Source: Schmidtea polychroa (lineage: Eukaryota). From it: DNA of 64,000 nucleotides. Position 1 is the stretch's first letter, and every line of letters starts with the position of its first letter. Under the pieces are notes generated by a model, which was not told where the DNA came from, did no database searches, and saw only the letters and a program-made list of their open reading frames with translations. Made by a program: the position numbers and the translations under genes. Location of the stretch: NCBI GenBank assembly GCA_044892525.1, contig CM097887.1:37386001-37450000 (forward strand), read 5' to 3'. Below are positions 11,750 through 24,851 of the stretch, in pieces.

Positions 11750-12400
11750 ATTAATAAAAAATAAACCTGAATATATTTTAATTCCTCACTGAAATCCGTG
11801 CACGAAACATCGCCAAGAACCATTTCACCAGTTTCTGAATCAACTGACGAAGAAATATCACCATTTGTGTTTAAAGTTCGTTTAATAAAATTACAAAATG
11901 ACTTTGAATTTTCATTATGTATAATTATCAAACGACTTTCATAAATGCTAGTATCCAGCCTTTCCTAGAATTTGTTAAGAGATGAATGCCAACAAAAAAA
12001 AACCTTTTCAGAATTATAAAGATCTAGAATCTTTTTAAAATCAGTACCACTCTTAAATTCAGAGATAAATAAAAGGCCAAATGGCCTATGATGTGCTTGA
12101 AAATTTTCCCATTCTTTTTCCTTTGAAGAGAAATCCTGCTTATAATTGAAAAAGATTTTTTTCAATTTGTCTTAAATTTTTAAATAATTCCAGTTAATTT
12201 AATTATCAATTAAACCTGAAGTTCTAATGTTAATGAAGTCGAAATTTGAACGAATTTGATTTAATAAATCGATATTCAAATTTTGATTTTCATCTCCATT
12301 TAATGAAACTGCAATTGTTAATGAGGCATGATCAAACACTGACTGCTTATAATAAATTGTAGATGACATATTTTGCCAAAAATTAAATAAGGTTTTATAT
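11750..12400 (-). mobile_element. Highly decayed non-LTR retrotransposon (L1/Tx1-like) ORF2 fragment
   Basis: SVFDHASLTI..NLNIDLL resembles the SDH motif at the end of the APE endonuclease, followed by linker-like sequence. Weak, with many stops. Confidence 0.3.
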
Positions 12401-13242
12401 ATGGAAAACTTTCATTTAAAAATTATTTTTTAAATTTGAAAATTGCGTGTTAGTTTAAGTAATTTTAAACACAATGTTAATTCAAAAATCATTTTAAACT
12501 TTGATTTGATAAAATTATCATTAATTAATTATGTTTATGATTCTATATGAAAAAAAGAATAATGCTCTGACAATATATTATTTACTTTAAATATACATTT
12601 TCATGATTATTAAAATAATTTTAATTTAAATTACAGCTAAAGGATTTTTAATTAAATGTAATTATTTGCAAAGAATGTTAGAAATTCAAAAAATTAATTA
12701 AAAATAATTAAAGGATGTTATAGTTTTTGAGTTTAATCTGTTATTCAAATAAGTTTTTTTTTAATTTTTGTAGAATCACAAAACAACGGAATATGAAGTA
12801 TATGAAGTATATATATGAAGTATATATCTCACAACTTATAAAAGATTTTAAATTACAATCAATCACTTGTACACATATATTTGTTACATTATTACAATCA
12901 CGCGCTAGGTTGGTGAATGGTATAACATACTTAAAACCTCGTCGCAACCAAATATAAAAGAATCTGAACGGAACTGCTAATGGCCTAACGAATTTTGCGT
13001 TCGTGTAAAACAGTTATCAACTAATGTAAGTACTACACTGTCGTTCAATCCTGAATTATGAATTATGACAATCCGCTGGGAAAATCCTTCAAGGCAGTGT
13101 AGTCCAACCTAAGTGTCACGGAAACTTTTTTAAAAATCTATAAAAAAAATATTTTTTTTCGGTTTCGAAAAAAATTTAAAAAATGATGAATTCAATTAAA
13201 TTTACGGTTGAAAAGTTTAATTTTTGAATTCACACTTTCAGT

Positions 13243-13651
13243 CAGTAGCGTAACTAGGGGGGGGGGGGACATTTGTCACAGGGCGCCAAAATTAGGGGGC
13301 GCAAAATTAGGGAAGCCTATTTGGAACAAAAATTAAGTAATAAATTATTCTTAAGATCTAAGAGATTAATATATTTTTTATTACTTCATTAGTTTCTTAG
13401 AATAGATGTGCGTGCATTCAGTTATTTGCAATATTTACTTATCTACAGACTTTTCGTTGCAACAATGCCGCCAATAAAGAAGAATTCCCAAAACCTAATA
13501 TAGATATTTTTGCCACGACAAAAGCCAGAAGAATTAATATTTAATGTCAAACTGTATTTTGTCTAAGTCAATAAATATTATTTATACGCTTATTAAAATC
13601 TGTTAAACCTGTTTCGTTATTCGTCATTAATATTCTTTAAAAAAATTAAAT

Positions 13652-13724
<73 letters not shown>

Positions 13725-13780
13725 GGGGGCGCTAATTTCTCAGTTGCCCCCAGGCGCAAGAACCTCACGGTACGCCACTG
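13243..13780. mobile_element. hAT-type MITE, 538 bp, with an internal (AT)n tract
   Basis: TIRs CAGTAGCGTA.../...TACGCCACTG. Exact 8-bp TSD CTTTCAGT at 13235-13242 and 13781-13788. (AT)n at about 13657-13722. Confidence 0.9.
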
Positions 13781-15125
13781 CTTTCAGTTTTGAACGTTGA
13801 AGTTTAAAAATTTGAATTTAAAAAAAATTATCAATATTTTTAAGGAGTTTTCCAACTACCAACAGCCTGTTACCAAATAGGTACTAACAATTATCTACTA
13901 AGTGACAACCTAAAGTCAATCACCGACCAAGTACTTTCAATTATACACTAACAACTAGATATCAACTATCAAGTACTAAGAACTTACAACTAGGTGCTAA
14001 CAAATAGGTTTAAAAGAAAATATTTTTCATTGAAGAAAATGATAATCATTGAATGAAAAAAAAATTATAAAAATGCAACTGATTGACTGAACTTAAGGTA
14101 CTAGTACTTTTAAGATTTCCAAAATAAGATTTAAATTAATCAATATATAATAAATAAATATCATAAAATGTCAATTAATGGACAAGAAAGAACTTTAAGT
14201 TCTAGCCATTAATAATCCAGTAAATATTTATCTTAAATACTAATCATTCAAGTTAATAATTATTGAAATAAAGTAATTTTAATGATTTTTCAAAAATAAT
14301 TAATCACGTGTATACTCAAATTGATTTACTGATTGCTCAAATTATTCAGAAAACTCAGTATAAATTCATTACAAATTATTAAATCTACATTAAAAATATC
14401 TAAATAATTATCATTAAATTTCCAAAGGAAACTGATATAAGCCCACTAACGATAATATCTAATAAACCAGTAAATTCATTTAAATGACAATATTTTACCA
14501 TTTTTTATATCCAAGTGAATTCTCCACTGAAATCATCTAAAAGCATCAAATTTCAATCAAAATCAATTGATAAAACTAGTTATAATTAAAAATAAATAAA
14601 TTTTTGTTCTTATCACTCTACTCGAAATTTAAAATAAATATTACTATGACACTTTTAACCGAATATATTATTTATCATATATAATCTGAGTTTATCCGAA
14701 AAGTTATTTTGGGTATCGGTCATAAGGGTACTGGTCTTCAGTTTTAATCATTTTATATAGGCAAATTTGGTGTCTAAAACAATTAAACATATTGGTAATC
14801 TTTTAGTGTTTATGGTTTTAAGAAATATTTAACCTAACATTTTTTGTGAATTCCATGTTGATTGAAAGAATAATTTATAGATGAATCCAAATTACTGTAA
14901 TTAGCTGTGGATATAAATGAATTTCTGAAAGAACTAGGTTTATTGCTTTATCGGATAAATTAATAAAATATTTTTATTAGGATAAAGTTTGTACTACTAA
15001 AAATATTTTATTAATTAATTTAAAGGATGCTCATATTCTGTTTTATTAGATGGTTCAATGTTTAATAGATTTCTTTGTTTAGAACTTTGCCAACTCATAC
15101 TAAGTAATCGATAATAGTAAAAATG

Positions 15126-15379
15126 AAAAAATAAATACAAATTTGTTGATATTATTAGAATTTCAATATTTGTCTTCAGAATAAAATCTGAAAAACTATT
15201 ACTGTATTTTCATGCATGGGCTATACAGTAATAGTTTTTCAGATTTTATATATATATGGTAGGCGGGGAAATATTTGAGTATAGCCCATGCATGAAAATA
15301 CAGTAATAGTTTTTCAGATTTTATTCTGAAGACAAATATTGAAATTCTAATAATATCAACAAATTTGTATTTATTTTTT
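15126..15379. repeat. Perfect 101-bp inverted repeat with a 52-bp spacer
   Basis: 15126-15226 is the exact reverse complement of 15279-15379. The spacer begins with a copy of arm sequence (agtaatagtttttcagatttta). Confidence 0.9.
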
Positions 15380-16822
15380 ACATATATATATATCAAAATT
15401 CTTCCTCTAAATTTAAATTATATCAACTCTTAATAATTCTCATAAAGTTATAATAAAGTTATTGCACCATTGTGTAATCTGCATTACTGCTATAAAATAT
15501 AATGTTATATGTGACCTCTTCATTTACATTTCAACCCATTTTACATTTTAACATATGTATACGCATGTGAGTGGGTTTATTGTATTATGTATTAACATCT
15601 ATTTCACTAAGGTCTGTGTGTTACTTATTGATTCTAAATAATTTGCTATCCTTACTCGATTTATTGATAACTATATTTTTGTAATTAAAACATGTTTATT
15701 TCTAAATATTTCAATACAGGGATATAAATGGATGAGAAAGATGTCATATCACCGATCCGAGTTAGTGATCAAATTTCTCTGGGATTTTAATAAATGTTTT
15801 ATTTTTAATATACATTTTCAACACCAGAATGAGTTTTCTTAAGTATAGATGAATAATTTATATTTTTTAAAAGTTGAAAATTTGTGTGTATGTAAAAGTT
15901 GGCTGAAAAAGGCATTGTTTAAAGTGTTATGATTGTGAATTTGAAATAAATAATGATGATATCATTTTGTAGAGATTTAAATTCTATCTATATATTGTTT
16001 GAGTGAAAATATCTCAAGTTGTCTAAAAGGATGTGCAAATTCAAAAATGGTGCACTAAAAATGAAATTTCAAAATTTTGACTACGCCATGGTCTCATTTC
16101 AAGTATATTGATATTAAATATTCTTATAAAAAATAAATATTAATGATGTAATCAACAATTTAAACAAAAATTAAATTATAACGTAAAAAAAGTAAAGGGG
16201 TGTCCAAAAATATTAAAAAAAAGTCGGGGCTGTAGGAAAAAGGTATGGGAGTATCAGACGCCCAAAAAAATGTTTGTGAGAGTCGAGGACTCCTGTTGGG
16301 CTGGAATCCACATATTACCCTACTGATCATTCAAAGGGTGTTTGGAAATGATTTTATTAGAATGATTATCGTGTGATGATCGAGATATTTTGCCATGGAA
16401 ATGATTACATTAGTATTATTTAACCTATTTAGATAGTTTCAGGATCACTCGTAGACATCGACCGATAAATAAAGTGTTAGAATGAAATATGCTAAGTGGT
16501 CGCGCTTAAGAATCAATGCTAGGAACAGTTTCTACCGAATCGTGTGTGTAAATTGCATATTTACATTTTTCAATATTCTATTATATAGCTATACATGTTA
16601 TGAACAAAAAGGCGAAGAAAGAAGAAAAAATATTCAATGTTACATGTCTAATGCAAGTTTTCAGTGAGGGAGAAACAACTCAAATCCGGGGCATCTGGTC
16701 ACTTTACAATAAATGAAAATGTTTTTTTTAATAATTGTTTCCGTAACTATTGATCATTTACGTAATAATTTAATATTTAACCAAATAAATTGAGAATATT
16801 AATCATTACTTAAATAAATAAA

Positions 16823-17551
16823 ATGGTAGAGATTTTTTGTTCAACGTGTTACAAAACATTAGCAGAAAATAAATCCGTAACCTTAGTCAACTGCCACCAT
16901 AAATTCTGTAAGGGTTGCCTCTCCAATTTCATCATTGATAAAGATCCCACTTGTCCTTTCGATGGAATTTTGATTTCTAAAATAAAAATTAGCAACATTA
17001 TTCACCCAGTTATTCAATATAATTTTGATTATGTAGAGGAAAATGAAAAATCTATTTCTCAACATTTTAAAAACTTTTGGTACAAAGGTGTCGTTCGATT
17101 GAATGACTTGGTGTTAGAGAATATCAGTACAATACAGGAATGCCAAAGACAACTTGATTCTTGGTTAAATCGGAACTTGGATAATCCTCGATCAGAAATT
17201 GATGCATTCAATATGAAGCTCAAAAAGAAAAATGAGAGTTTTCAAAAACTATATTTTGTCATCACAACCGTACCGAATAACATAAAGAAAATATTAAATT
17301 TTATTCTTGATTTTCCAAATGAAAACCGATTTCATTTCCGAATAAGCTCAGGGTCCCAACATTTCAATAATATAATACTGATTATACTGAAAAGATTACT
17401 TTTCGATATCGATTGGGACTTGAAATGTCCTATAAGCATTCAAAAGAAAGCCATTCTGAATTATATAATTTATTTCCAAGCAAAGTCAAATGAAATGAGG
17501 AGAAATTTGACGATTTTGGAAAATTTTGATGCTTTTTTAGGTGAAATTTAA
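16823..17551 (+). CDS. RING-finger (C3HC4-like, CPxD variant) protein, 242 aa, intronless
   Basis: CSTC...CHHKFCKGC...CPFD at the N-terminus; the last ligand is Asp, as in Roquin/TRAF6-type RINGs. The remainder is not recognised. Confidence 0.7.
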   Translation: MVEIFCSTCYKTLAENKSVTLVNCHHKFCKGCLSNFIIDKDPTCPFDGILISKIKISNIIHPVIQYNFDYVEENEKSISQHFKNFWYKGVVRLNDLVLENISTIQECQRQLDSWLNRNLDNPRSEIDAFNMKLKKKNESFQKLYFVITTVPNNIKKILNFILDFPNENRFHFRISSGSQHFNNIILIILKRLLFDIDWDLKCPISIQKKAILNYIIYFQAKSNEMRRNLTILENFDAFLGEI

Positions 17552-18199
17552 TCAAATGATTTTAAATAATAAAAAGCAATATGACAGAAAATGAGTTGGA
17601 GTTTCTGTTAATTAAAAATCAAAAACTAATATTTAATATATTCTAAAATAATTAATTAGTAAATCTGCGAGGATATTTCAACATGATTACATCATGTTCG
17701 TGAACTATGATTACATAATTAATATTATAAATAGGGTCAACATGTGATATCAAGGTCAATTACATGTTTGACATCGTATATTAGAAAATTATTTTAAACA
17801 AAAAAGATATTACATTTTATATTTATAATAAAATATGATTTAAAGTTTCTTTCTATCCTTTCCCTAGGCATATTCAGCAATTTTTATATAGGAACGGAGG
17901 TGTTAGTTTAATGCCTTAAAGCATTGCATGCTTTTGATACCTCTGTTAGCTAAGGTGAATATGGCGTGTATAAATTCCATAAACAGGAGAATTCTCAAAT
18001 AATTTATCTAAATAAACAACCGATATTTTTCTCTGTTATTCAAATAAATAATATTATTTAGCATTTTTTTAATGTAAAATACTTTAAGAAGTCCAGATTT
18101 CATTCAAATTACCTAACTAAATAAATTATTTTTAAATTTAGAAGACATTTGACATATTTAAAATGTTGGAAATACTATCTTACAAATATTTTACATAAT

Positions 18200-18698
18200 C
18201 AGTGGCATCACTAGGGTTGGTGTCACCAAGTTCGGTAACAAATTTGTGTCACCCCCTCAAGACACCCCCATAGACTTCCTCCAAGTCCGCCAGTACCAAA
18301 TAACGAAAACATACAGAATCCTTAGTAACGTTTATAAATATAGGTCCTATATAAACAAAGGCAATAGGAGAAAAAAAATTAATTCAAGGTCGGTTAGTAA
18401 GACTGCAAGAAGTTAATTTTATGTCATATTAAATCTTGACTAAACCAGGAATTTCCTTTCCTGGCCTTTAGATCTGAAAACTTGTTAATTACTTCATTGA
18501 AATCATCTCCTTTTGTCAAATCACTTTCAATTGATAATATTGCAAAATCAGAAAGCGGGCCTCTGGAAAAGCTCGCGTAACCGCTTCCATTCTAATTTCA
18601 TGGAGTGACATAGATTCATAGACAGTGACATTTTGCATTTTGGTGATGGAGTCACCCGATGCGGTCCGCACCCCCCGCATCCCATAGTGACGCCATTG
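18200..18698 (-). mobile_element. hAT deletion derivative / MITE, 499 bp, retaining the transposase C-terminus
   Basis: TIRs CAGTGGCATCAC/GTGACGCCATTG. Exact TSD TACATAAT (18192-99, 18699-706). The minus strand reads LSDFAILSIESDLTK..FNEVINKFSDLKARK (end of the hAT dimerisation domain). Confidence 0.9.
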
Positions 18699-19198
18699 TA
18701 CATAATTATTTTTTAAAAGTTAATAATGAATTTTTAAATACTCATAACATCATCGTAGTACCTCCGACATTCAAATTAATAAATATATTAATTTAATAGT
18801 TAAATTACAAATGCACTATAAAGTTATGTAAATTAAATCACGTTATTTAAATATTCATTCTTCTTTCGAACATCACCACATTTTTATTTCAAATGTATTC
18901 AAACCCATTGAATGTTATCAATTTGACAAAATTTAAGTCTATTTTTGAAAGGTATTGTGCAGATTAATTTACATCAACGATTCATACGGAATTAAGAATG
19001 GGAAATACAGGATGAGTGGATGCAATAACTATCGGAATATATCACGCTGAATGGTTAAGTAGAATTACCTCAGCTTCCAATACTCCATATACAATATTTT
19101 TTACATCTCCTTCAAATCCTACTGTCATACGTGTTGGTTTTACTGGTTTTGGAAAATCAACGTTTGTTTTAGTAGTGTTTGAAGAATTTACATTTTCC

Positions 19199-22100
19199 CA
19201 GCCCCGTACCGTGACACCTTTTGACGGGGGGGCCCAGACTCTCATTAAAGAGGCCAGTAATTCTCGTGTAAACTAAGTATTTTATGAAAACAGACTAGTC
19301 ACTACTCACACTTTGCACTCCGAAATGTTCAATTTAAAAAAAAGGAAAGCAAAATCGACATTTTGTCTGAGCATTATTTTGCTACATTATTGCATATACT
19401 AGTATATAGGAAATGATTTTCGCACATTTTTTAGGAACAAACACAAAAAACAAATAGCTGCATGTATTTGCACGACGGACAATTGGACATACAAAGACAG
19501 AACACACAGTCACACAGATTTGAAAACTAAAGGTGAGTGCAATAGAAATTACACAGGAACTAGATCCAGAAAAAAGAAATTACGTGTGTGAGATATCGAC
19601 ATTACTCAAAATAGCTGCAGTCGACGATTTTTCATTTCATGAAACCGCCGAAGAAACTCATCAGATTTGATGTTATTACTAATGTCACTTTCAAATGAGA
19701 GCAATACAAGGTTGGCTTTACGAGAATGGCTCATCGACGTACGAAAGGGAGTTAAGACACGAGATAAAGTACTGAAAGTCGCCTCACATGTGGCAGTTGA
19801 AGCACCGATTGTCAGTGCAGAAGCTGCAATACGATAGACAGATGGAAAAGCATCTCGGTATGAGTACAGTTCTTGCACTAACTGATGAACGTTTGTCACA
19901 GTACTGGCTCTCTTCAATAGGAAAACCTTTGCAGTTTCAAATTCATGTTGGGTTTCGCTTAGGTTCACGCCACACAGTGTCGCTAAAGTCTTTAGATCCT
20001 CAATAGTCAAAAAGTTTGCGTGATCAGTCTTCAAACATGCAAGAGACTTATAAAGGCTTCTGTTGGTGACACCGAAGCGTTTTGTTAGTTCCTGCAGAGT
20101 CCTATCAACGACTTCGTAATACATCTGGCGATATGCGCATCTGATAGGCAAGGCCTGGTGTTCTGGCTGTCCCACAGATCCGAACACAATGAAGTTGTCT
20201 AATTTTGAGTTCATCTGAGTTCTTCTTCTTTTTGGTGTCTGTTCCATATCCATTTGACCTTCGAATTTCCCAAAAAGAACTTGGTTGCGTAGGCTGCGAA
20301 TGCGCTCTATGACGGCATCCATAACATCACATGTTGAAGAAAGGTCCATTGCTTGACCCTGCAAGCTATTGTTGGCTGTTTCAAGGATAGTCAGCAATGA
20401 GAGCACCATGTGTGCAATGAACTGAAACTCCACTTCATTGACTCGATGCAAGAGTCCAGTAGCTTCCAATTGAATATCAATTGAAAAGTGAGAATGTCTA
20501 CTAGAACACATCTCAAGCAAATTCACAATTGTATCATAATTAGTTGTTATTGCCTGAGTCGTCTGCAAGTGTCCTGTCCAAAGATGTTCCATGAGCAGTG
20601 TCAATTTATCGCCTTGATATATGGCCGCAACCTTAGGATATGACAAAAATGTGTATAAGTTTCTGCATATGTCGAAGAAGTCCCGCAGTTTTTGGCACTC
20701 AGAAACGGCACACACAACAACCAAATGAAATTTGTGGTTGAAGCAATGGACATACGGAATTTCTTTTTGTAGACGCTCCTGAAGCAAGGCCTGCACCCCA
20801 CCATGCTGTCCAGACATAACAGCGGCTCCATCATAGGATTGGGAAATTATATTTTTAGGATCCAACTGAGCCTCTTTCAAGGTTGTCAAAATTACATCTG
20901 TGAAGGCCTCTGCATTGAGAGCAATTGTTCGGGAAATGCAGATTAAGTGCTCCTGAGGTTGTCCTGCTGAGACAAACCTTATGGCAATCGACACATTCTC
21001 AGTCCCTGTTCGATCTTTGGTACCATCCACTTTCAGAGTAAAATATTCAACATCCGCAGACTTGCACTTCTTAACAATTGACTCTTGCACTATTGATGCC
21101 ATTAACGCGATAATTTCATTTTGAATTCGGGGTGATGTGTACGTGGCAATTTTGGGAATCGTTTTAATGATTCGAGCCAGCTCAGGATTTTTCTTAACAG
21201 TGTATTCGAAGAGACGTAAAAATAGACCACACGGAAGCTTATCATCCTCATTAATATCATCTCTACTGAAACTGTCACCACGAAAGGCTAATTCATTTGT
21301 CACAAGAAACTTTACAACGTCAACGATTTCGTTGACATATAACGGTTGTTCTTCAGCTGTGTTTCATTAATCAAAGGGCAAACTTCCTCACCTTTTTCAC
21401 ATCTCAGCTGTTTCTCTTTCCAGCGTTCCATGTCATGGATGGGGCCAGCAGAAGATTCATGCTTTTGAAAACCTTTTCCTTTTTCTAAAGCCGATTTCCA
21501 ATTTTGGAATCCTCCTGTTCTGAAAGCACTTTCGCCAGCAGAGCCGGGCAATGAAAATTTTCTACAGCAAAAGCAGAAGACTGCATCTTTCTCAATAGAG
21601 TACTCCAAATATGGTCTTCCATTATACCACACAGACGAAAATGAGCGTTCCCTTGAACCAAACGAAGTCTTTGGGAAATTTACATCAGTTGGCTGGCGTG
21701 GCATTTCTTCACCCAGATCACATTTAGTAGATGACAGAGTCTTAGCAGGTGCACAAGAAGATGAGGACATCACTGCACTGTCACGGATACATGAAATAGC
21801 AGGTACAGATGAAGGACTAGCACAAGTTGAGGACATAGTAGCATAGATACTATCACTGGATGAAGTGACTGAAGTCACAGAATTCTTTGGAATGACTTGG
21901 AAGAAATTCATGATACTCTTTTGTGTCGACATGTTCTATTACGATGAAAATAATGTTACAAAATATGATCAATTAACATGTCACTCTGCCATAGGAGTGA
22001 GTTGAGTATAATGACATGTGATGTGCTCTCATTGGCCTATCTCTCTACCATCGTATAAAGACCACAATGCACCCACTCCGTGCTCTGACACTCAATCATG

Positions 22101-22422
22101 CCTCCATGCGTTGTTACTGCCTGTGAGGCAGGAAAGACAGACAGCACGCACCCTACCCACGCCACCGACTTCACATGCCAGTCTCTTCCAGTGAGGCAGA
22201 TAGATGGAACATCCTACCCCCGTCCACACTACATAAACCTCTACATGTGCAACTCTTGCACACCCATGTCAATGCATGTGTGCACGATAGCAATTTTTCT
22301 TTTATCAAACATATTGAATGTAATTTTTTATTCATGTCCGTTTATTTATTTGGGGGGGGGGGGGGCCAGACTTGCGTTTTGGGGGGCCGGGCCCTCCTGG
22401 GCCCCCCGACGGTACGGGCCTG
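19199..22422 (-). mobile_element. Near-intact hAT transposon (ZMYM1/Tip100-like: TTF zinc finger, DUF4371, hATC), 3224 bp, one frameshift
   Basis: TIRs CAGCCCCGTACCGT / ACGGTACGGGCCTG. TSD CATTTTCC vs CATTCTCC (7/8). ORFs 21312-21932 (RSFSSVWY..LEYSIEKDAVFCFCC) and 19606-21303 (LAFRG, DGTKD, SYDGA, HCFNH, CEATFS) join by a single frameshift near 21340. Visibly more GC-rich than its flanks. Confidence 0.92.
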
Positions 22423-24851
22423 CATTCTCCAATATATGTTGGTCATGTACTGAATATTTGTTTATTACACAATAAAATATATTTTTCTTCTGTTTCAAAT
22501 TTATAACCAGTTTCCTTATTAAAATTCTGATAATTTTATTTATTTTGACATTTTTATTCAACGTTTGTAATGCAAATAAACTTTGACTTTGCTAAATCAA
22601 AGTTTTGAATTTTTTTCTATTAACTATACAAATTCTAATTATGTTTCTCTGATTTGCTTTTCATCCAATTCTCTAGTTGTCTCTTACTTATTTTATTTAA
22701 TTATTTAATTTATTATATTTAATTAATTAACTTTTTCATTTTAATAACTTTATATAAATATTTTTATTTATTAGTTTTAATAATTAACTTATTTCTTATT
22801 TATTTATAAAATTTTATAATATAATAATATTAATTTATCATTTTATTATTTTAAATATATTATTTAATCATTTAATAATTTTAATAATATTTTATTTGAA
22901 TTACTTACATACTTTATTTTGGTTTATTATTTTTAATTATTTGTTTTTCACTTTTTTCATTATTATATTTTTTTGATTTTTATTAATTAATTAATTTTAT
23001 CATTATATTTATTATTAATTGAGAATTCAATTTTATATTTATTTTATTACAGTGAAAACCCAATAAAATTATTTTAACTAAGTACGAAATGCAAGTTTTA
23101 CGACAAAACATGTTTATTTATGAAGGGGGTTTGGAGATGAGAAATATTTATTAATATTGTGTCTTTTGTTTTCTTCTTATTTAGGTGGATGATCTTTTAG
23201 GCACTTGACATCGACAAATATTTGTACATGAAAGATCCAATGGCGAGCTTTAACCCCCTTAACCTCGTGTCTAATCCACTGTACAACATTTCATTTTAAA
23301 TTTCCATGTAAACCAATTTGTAGTGTAATATGTAAAGTTTACCCATATACATCCCTCTTCTTTGAAATACGTAATAATTCAGCCAAAGGTCAAGGTCATT
23401 ACAAAGTAAATATCAAATATAATTGGTCAGGATCATTTTAAGAGTAAGGTTAGTTTATGGTCGTTTAAAGGTCATTTGAGTTGAGTTGATGTCAATTGAG
23501 TCATTTTATGGTGGAAAAGGGTGTTAAATGGTTAAGATGGATTGTGTTCAATGATATAGTTTAAAATATTGTGTTGTTGCTTTCCATTTATTAATGATAA
23601 CATTGTCGATAACAACCGCAATAAAATAATAAAATAAATAATCAAAAATACTAAATATACTAAAAATGCTAAAGCAATAAATACAATAATAAAAACTATT
23701 AATTAATAATTTAATTAAGTAAAATTAATAAATAATTGATTAAAACTAATATATAAAATAATTATATATTAATATATAAACAATAGATATAAGTCAATTA
23801 TTAAAATAATTTTATGAAATAATTAAAGTAAAAATAAAATAATGAATTAATAAACAATAATAAATTAATTTATCTAATAAATATAATTTGAATCAAAATA
23901 AAATTAATACAAGTAATTTATTAATCTAACTTTGATAACCTTGACACACTTTTAATGACATTTAGATGACCTTAAAAGGTTATTGAGATCAAAATACACA
24001 GGAGTTAAATGGTTAAGATGGAGTCAATTAAATTTTATACTTTAAAATTTTATAAAACATAGAAAAAAGTTAGAAAACTTTTAAAAACAATTTTACAGTT
24101 TATTCAGTGACCTACTTTATAAATTTAAAAAAAATAAATTCAAATTTTTATATGTATTTGGTCAGTCAGAGATGAAGAAAAATATTAAAAATTATTTCAA
24201 TTATGCTAATTTTACCATTTTAAAATTTAAAAACTGATAAATAATAATTTAAACTTATTAATTTTACGTTTAAATTTGGGAATCACGATCGAAAAATATT
24301 TAAAATTTAACATAAAATTTTAGAAAAATTTATTTAAATTTGTATTTAAAATGTGTTTAATTTGAATAAAATAATAAATTCAAATTATTTACAATAATTT
24401 TCAAAAAAATTCAATTTTTTAAAAATAAAAATGTATATTTAACCAAATTCCCATAAATGGAAATTTAACTGCCTCCCGTCTTTAAAGCTCGTTTGTGAAC
24501 AGTGCACAAACTTCAGATAACACCAAACTAAATTTTATTAAAATTTGTATTATTATAAATTAGAAGTTTATTGGTAACTGGTAAGAATGTAAAATTACAT
24601 TATGAGAAATTACTTATAAATGTATTAAAAATAATTTTCAATTTTTATTTAAAAGTTTTTATAAAATGAACAAAACAAATTAGATTTTTGAGTCAATTTT
24701 TAAATTTTAAATTTTCAGCTTTCAATAATTTTGATTGAACATATATTAAATCAATTAAAGATAATTCAGCCAATTAAATTCCATTTTAATTCAAAAAAAT
24801 TATTATTATCAACATTGATAAATTGAAAGTAAAATATGTATTATTTAAAAA

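Larger units (their letters stand above)
17930..22625 (-). pseudogene. USP5/USP13-like (isopeptidase T) pseudogene, interrupted by a hAT element and a MITE
   Basis: Reconstructed exons read KVYLHYK/L-HDQHILEN-[hAT]-VNSS..KPVKPTRMTVGFEG (USP5 RVYLH, KPTRLAIGVEG), with phase-compatible GT-AG introns at 22450-22562 and 19029-19068. Further down lie NIFINLNVGG (zf-UBP NLWLNLTDG) and SPVYGIYT..LANRG..SMQ (PLFGPGYTG..LGNSC..SVVQ). There is an in-frame TGA near 22600, frameshifts, and the catalytic Cys appears lost. Confidence 0.6.

Noticed and set aside
18735-18790. INLNVGGT on the minus strand as a BTB/KCTD domain start
   Set aside because: No further BTB sequence follows; its position fits a decayed USP5 zf-UBP NLWLNLTDG motif better.
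22098-22475. GC-rich ORFs of 92-125 aa at the hAT end
   Set aside because: They lie in the subterminal region of the transposon with no recognisable motifs.
22690-23930. T-rich and A-rich tracts as long inverted repeats of a fold-back element
   Set aside because: Some blocks align, but at over 90% AT the similarity cannot be separated from compositional bias by eye.
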